DNA of 64,000 nt from Macrostomum lignano (lineage: Eukaryota), in assembly GCA_002269645.1 (NCBI GenBank), contig NIVC01001752.1:62001-126000 (forward strand), given 5' to 3'. The stretch's first letter is position 1, and each line of letters begins with the position of its first letter. The position numbers and the translations under genes are program-made. The notes under the pieces were generated by a model. It ran no database searches and was not told where the DNA came from. It saw only the letters and a list, made by a program, of their open reading frames with translations. This document shows positions 61,077 through 64,000 of the stretch, one piece after another.

Positions 61077-64000
61077 GCCTAAAATTGTCATAAACCAACA
61101 AAGGTGTTATTTTAATTGTTTAATTTTTAACAACTTTTAAAATTTAAAAAAAAATTCTAATTTTTTAGACAAACCAAATTTTTTTACAAAACAAACATTA
61201 CATTAACAAAATATTTTAAGATTCTCACAATATTATTGACACTTACAGTATTTGTAATAATTATATTATTTGTTTTAACATGCTTATTTGCAATTCTCTT
61301 ACTAAACAATTTGCCAAGAGCACCAAGGTTTGTTTGGGGCTATAATGGATATAAAAGATATCCAGTTGAAAATGGATTTTATAGCTAACACTTCTTGTGC
61401 ACCTTCTGATATTTTGTAGACTGCATTAGAACTTTGATTCAATGATTTATTTGAGCATGCTATTAGTAATTTAATTTATATATTAGTAAGTAACAATTTA
61501 ATAGCCTTTTTAAATTTACTAAAATACAATATTAGGCCATAATAATAGTATAAATTTTATTTATTTACTTCTAAAAAGTACCAACAAACTCAGGTTTTGG
61601 TTGAGTCAAGTACTTTAGAAAACTTTGGGGGTTTAAGCTGAGTATTAAAGTTGAGTTTTGTCAAGTAAAGTGAAGTGAGATTGTCAATAAGTATGATTGC
61701 CACGTAATGTGCATTACATTATGCTAGTATAAGGCATATGATAGATAAACATAAGGCCATTAGTAGCAGAATGTTTTTACTATTAGAGGAAAAATTTAGT
61801 GAGTGGTTTTTTTGGATCCAGGTAAACTCGTCAACTTTTTATTCATCAACTGTGTTGATGAGTTTATCACAGTTTGCATAGCACTTAAGTAATGTGCAGT
61901 ATAATAAAGTGAATAGAAGTAAGAAATGCAAACAAAAGGAAAAGCAATAAAGTTTTAACATATACATGTAGAAAAAGTATTTTAAGTATTAATTTTTGGT
62001 TGAATTAAATTTATTAAAACTTATTAAAATTAAAATTGATTAAGATTGCCAGGATCCTTCCTTACAGAATTGTGGTCCCTTGACATTGAAGATTCTTGGT
62101 TTCATTGTTTTTTTTAATTTTATTGTTTCTCATAATTTATTATATTGTATATGGCAGACTACTGGGTGCTGCAGTGCACTGCTGTCTCTTATCTAGTCAA
62201 TCCAGCAAAAAGACATTCTAGCAATAGACAATCTGCAGATCCAGCAACAGTAGGCAGGCATTGTTATAAATTGTCACGATTGACAATTGTCATGTCATGT
62301 GCCTAAAAACTAGCATTATAATGACATTGCTCTGCTCACATACATGCCTAACACCTGGTTACCTGTCCAAACCAGACAGGTGAAATGGCTGCCAGCCAAG
62401 GTAAGTTGCAAAATTAAAAATGCAAAAAAATTGGAGGAAGAAAGAAAGGAGAAGAAAAGGAAAGGAAAAGAAAGAAGGGATAAGAGAGAGAAGGGAAAGA
62501 GGAGAGAGAAAGACAAAGAGAAGAAAAGAGAAAAGGGCAAGAAAAATCATATACAAAGTAAAAATTAAGTTGCAATTAAAGGAACTTAGTTCCTCCCGAT
62601 TGTGACTAAGTCACAAAACTAGACAAATCTAAGTCACACTGGACAGGTAAAATTTTGAGGTTGGGTATGTATGTCTACTTATTGGCCAGACTCTGGAGGG
62701 TTACATGTATGCCAAAAAATTCTGGCATACAAATGACACCTTTAAAAGTTGGCATACAAATTCATACATTTTTTTGCATACAAATTTTGGTAAAGAATTG
62801 ATGCTATGCATGAAAATTTTAATGTAATTGTAAATTAATGCTTTAAAATAAAATAAAGGAAAATTTGTATAGTCTATATACAGTTAGTAATTTACTTTTT
62901 GCTTCTGCAAATTTAACATAATTAAAATTAGTAAAAGTTATTGATAAAAATCTAGATTTTACATTATTATTTTTATAAGTATAATTTAAGTTTGTTTAAA
63001 AACAAAAATATTTGTAATATTTAAAAAAGATATTTTGTACAAAAGCTTTGCTTAGAAAACTCAACTTATGAAAACTAAATGACCTTTTAGGGCAAATTTT
63101 TAGCATACATTTTAAGGCTTTTTTTGTTTTTGATATACATTGGCATATATTTAGCCAAGATAGGATTCTTGTTCTGTGTATACTATTACACAATCTAAAC
63201 CTTGGCTCATTGGTTTCATCATATATGCATAACCTTAGGAATCACTTGTTTGTTTCTATTGGCAACACATACATATAAGTTGCTATTGGCTAAGAGTAGT
63301 CATATGACTTACTAGTTTACTAGCACCTGTTTTTCTAGAGGTATTGAATAAGATAAAAATATATAGTTAAAAAATATATCAAGAGTTTGTTTATACTAAA
63401 TATATGCTAAAGGCACCTAGGCCTATCCTTAGTTTATTTTTATAGAAGCTCCATAGTCCAGATCATGCTGGACTTACGCCGGAAGAAAAATCCAACATTT
63501 TTTGGCACTTACGCCAGACTTACGCCAACCAAAAAAGTCCCTTTGACTTATGCCACCCAAAAAAGGTCCTTCACAATTCTTGTGAATAGAATACAATAGA
63601 ATAGAATAGATGATTTACATTTAATCGGTGATTAATTAAATTAGAAGTTGCAACTGTTTAAAAATCTCACAAGTTGCAAATTCTGAATCAAGAATCAAAG
63701 TAAACATCTTGAAGCTAAAAAAACTTTTGCTATCCTATAATAGATATTCTGCTATCTCATTTATACAAACTGCAATATTTTAATGAACTTTGTTTTAATG
63801 CTGCTCTTTAACATCATAATTAACACAAATGTGTAATGTTCTATAGTGATACATTTGATCGTGAATGATCTCATTTGTGCCAACATTTACGCCACTTGAT
63901 TTATGACATGTACTTATGCCAAGCACTTACGCCAAGGCACATTTTGGCCTATACTTATGCCAAGCACTTACACTAGCCTCCAATCCCAAACCAGATTTAT

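Overview
Repeat-rich, AT-rich-intron animal genomic DNA. The GC-rich, poly-Gln-rich exons and dense 19-36 bp minisatellites resemble the flatworm Macrostomum lignano, but this is an inference from sequence style only. I reconstructed the following by hand from GT-AG sites and reading phase. Three co-oriented minus-strand conserved genes: V-ATPase subunit H (6 exons, 55454-61076), DNA topoisomerase I (2 exons, 51606-54386) and a divergent WNK kinase (9 exons, 34436-48824, one apparent 1-nt frameshift). A 2-exon gene for a secreted Cys-rich-repeat protein with a C-terminal F-type-lectin-like domain (15056-17126, minus). An intronless 690-aa orphan ORF (30636-32708, plus). The 3' part of an unidentified plus-strand gene (5504-13173), which appears interleaved with a putative minus-strand gene (1032-10845). 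A recent Ty3/Gypsy LTR element (25758-29238) with 302-bp LTRs and a 5-bp TSD, whose single gag-pol frame lacks the reverse transcriptase core through an in-frame deletion. Also two tRNA-derived SINE families, a LINE 3' fragment and about 37 tandem arrays. Most long ORFs in the supplied track are artefacts of these arrays. I found no CRISPR array, rRNA gene or genuine tRNA gene.
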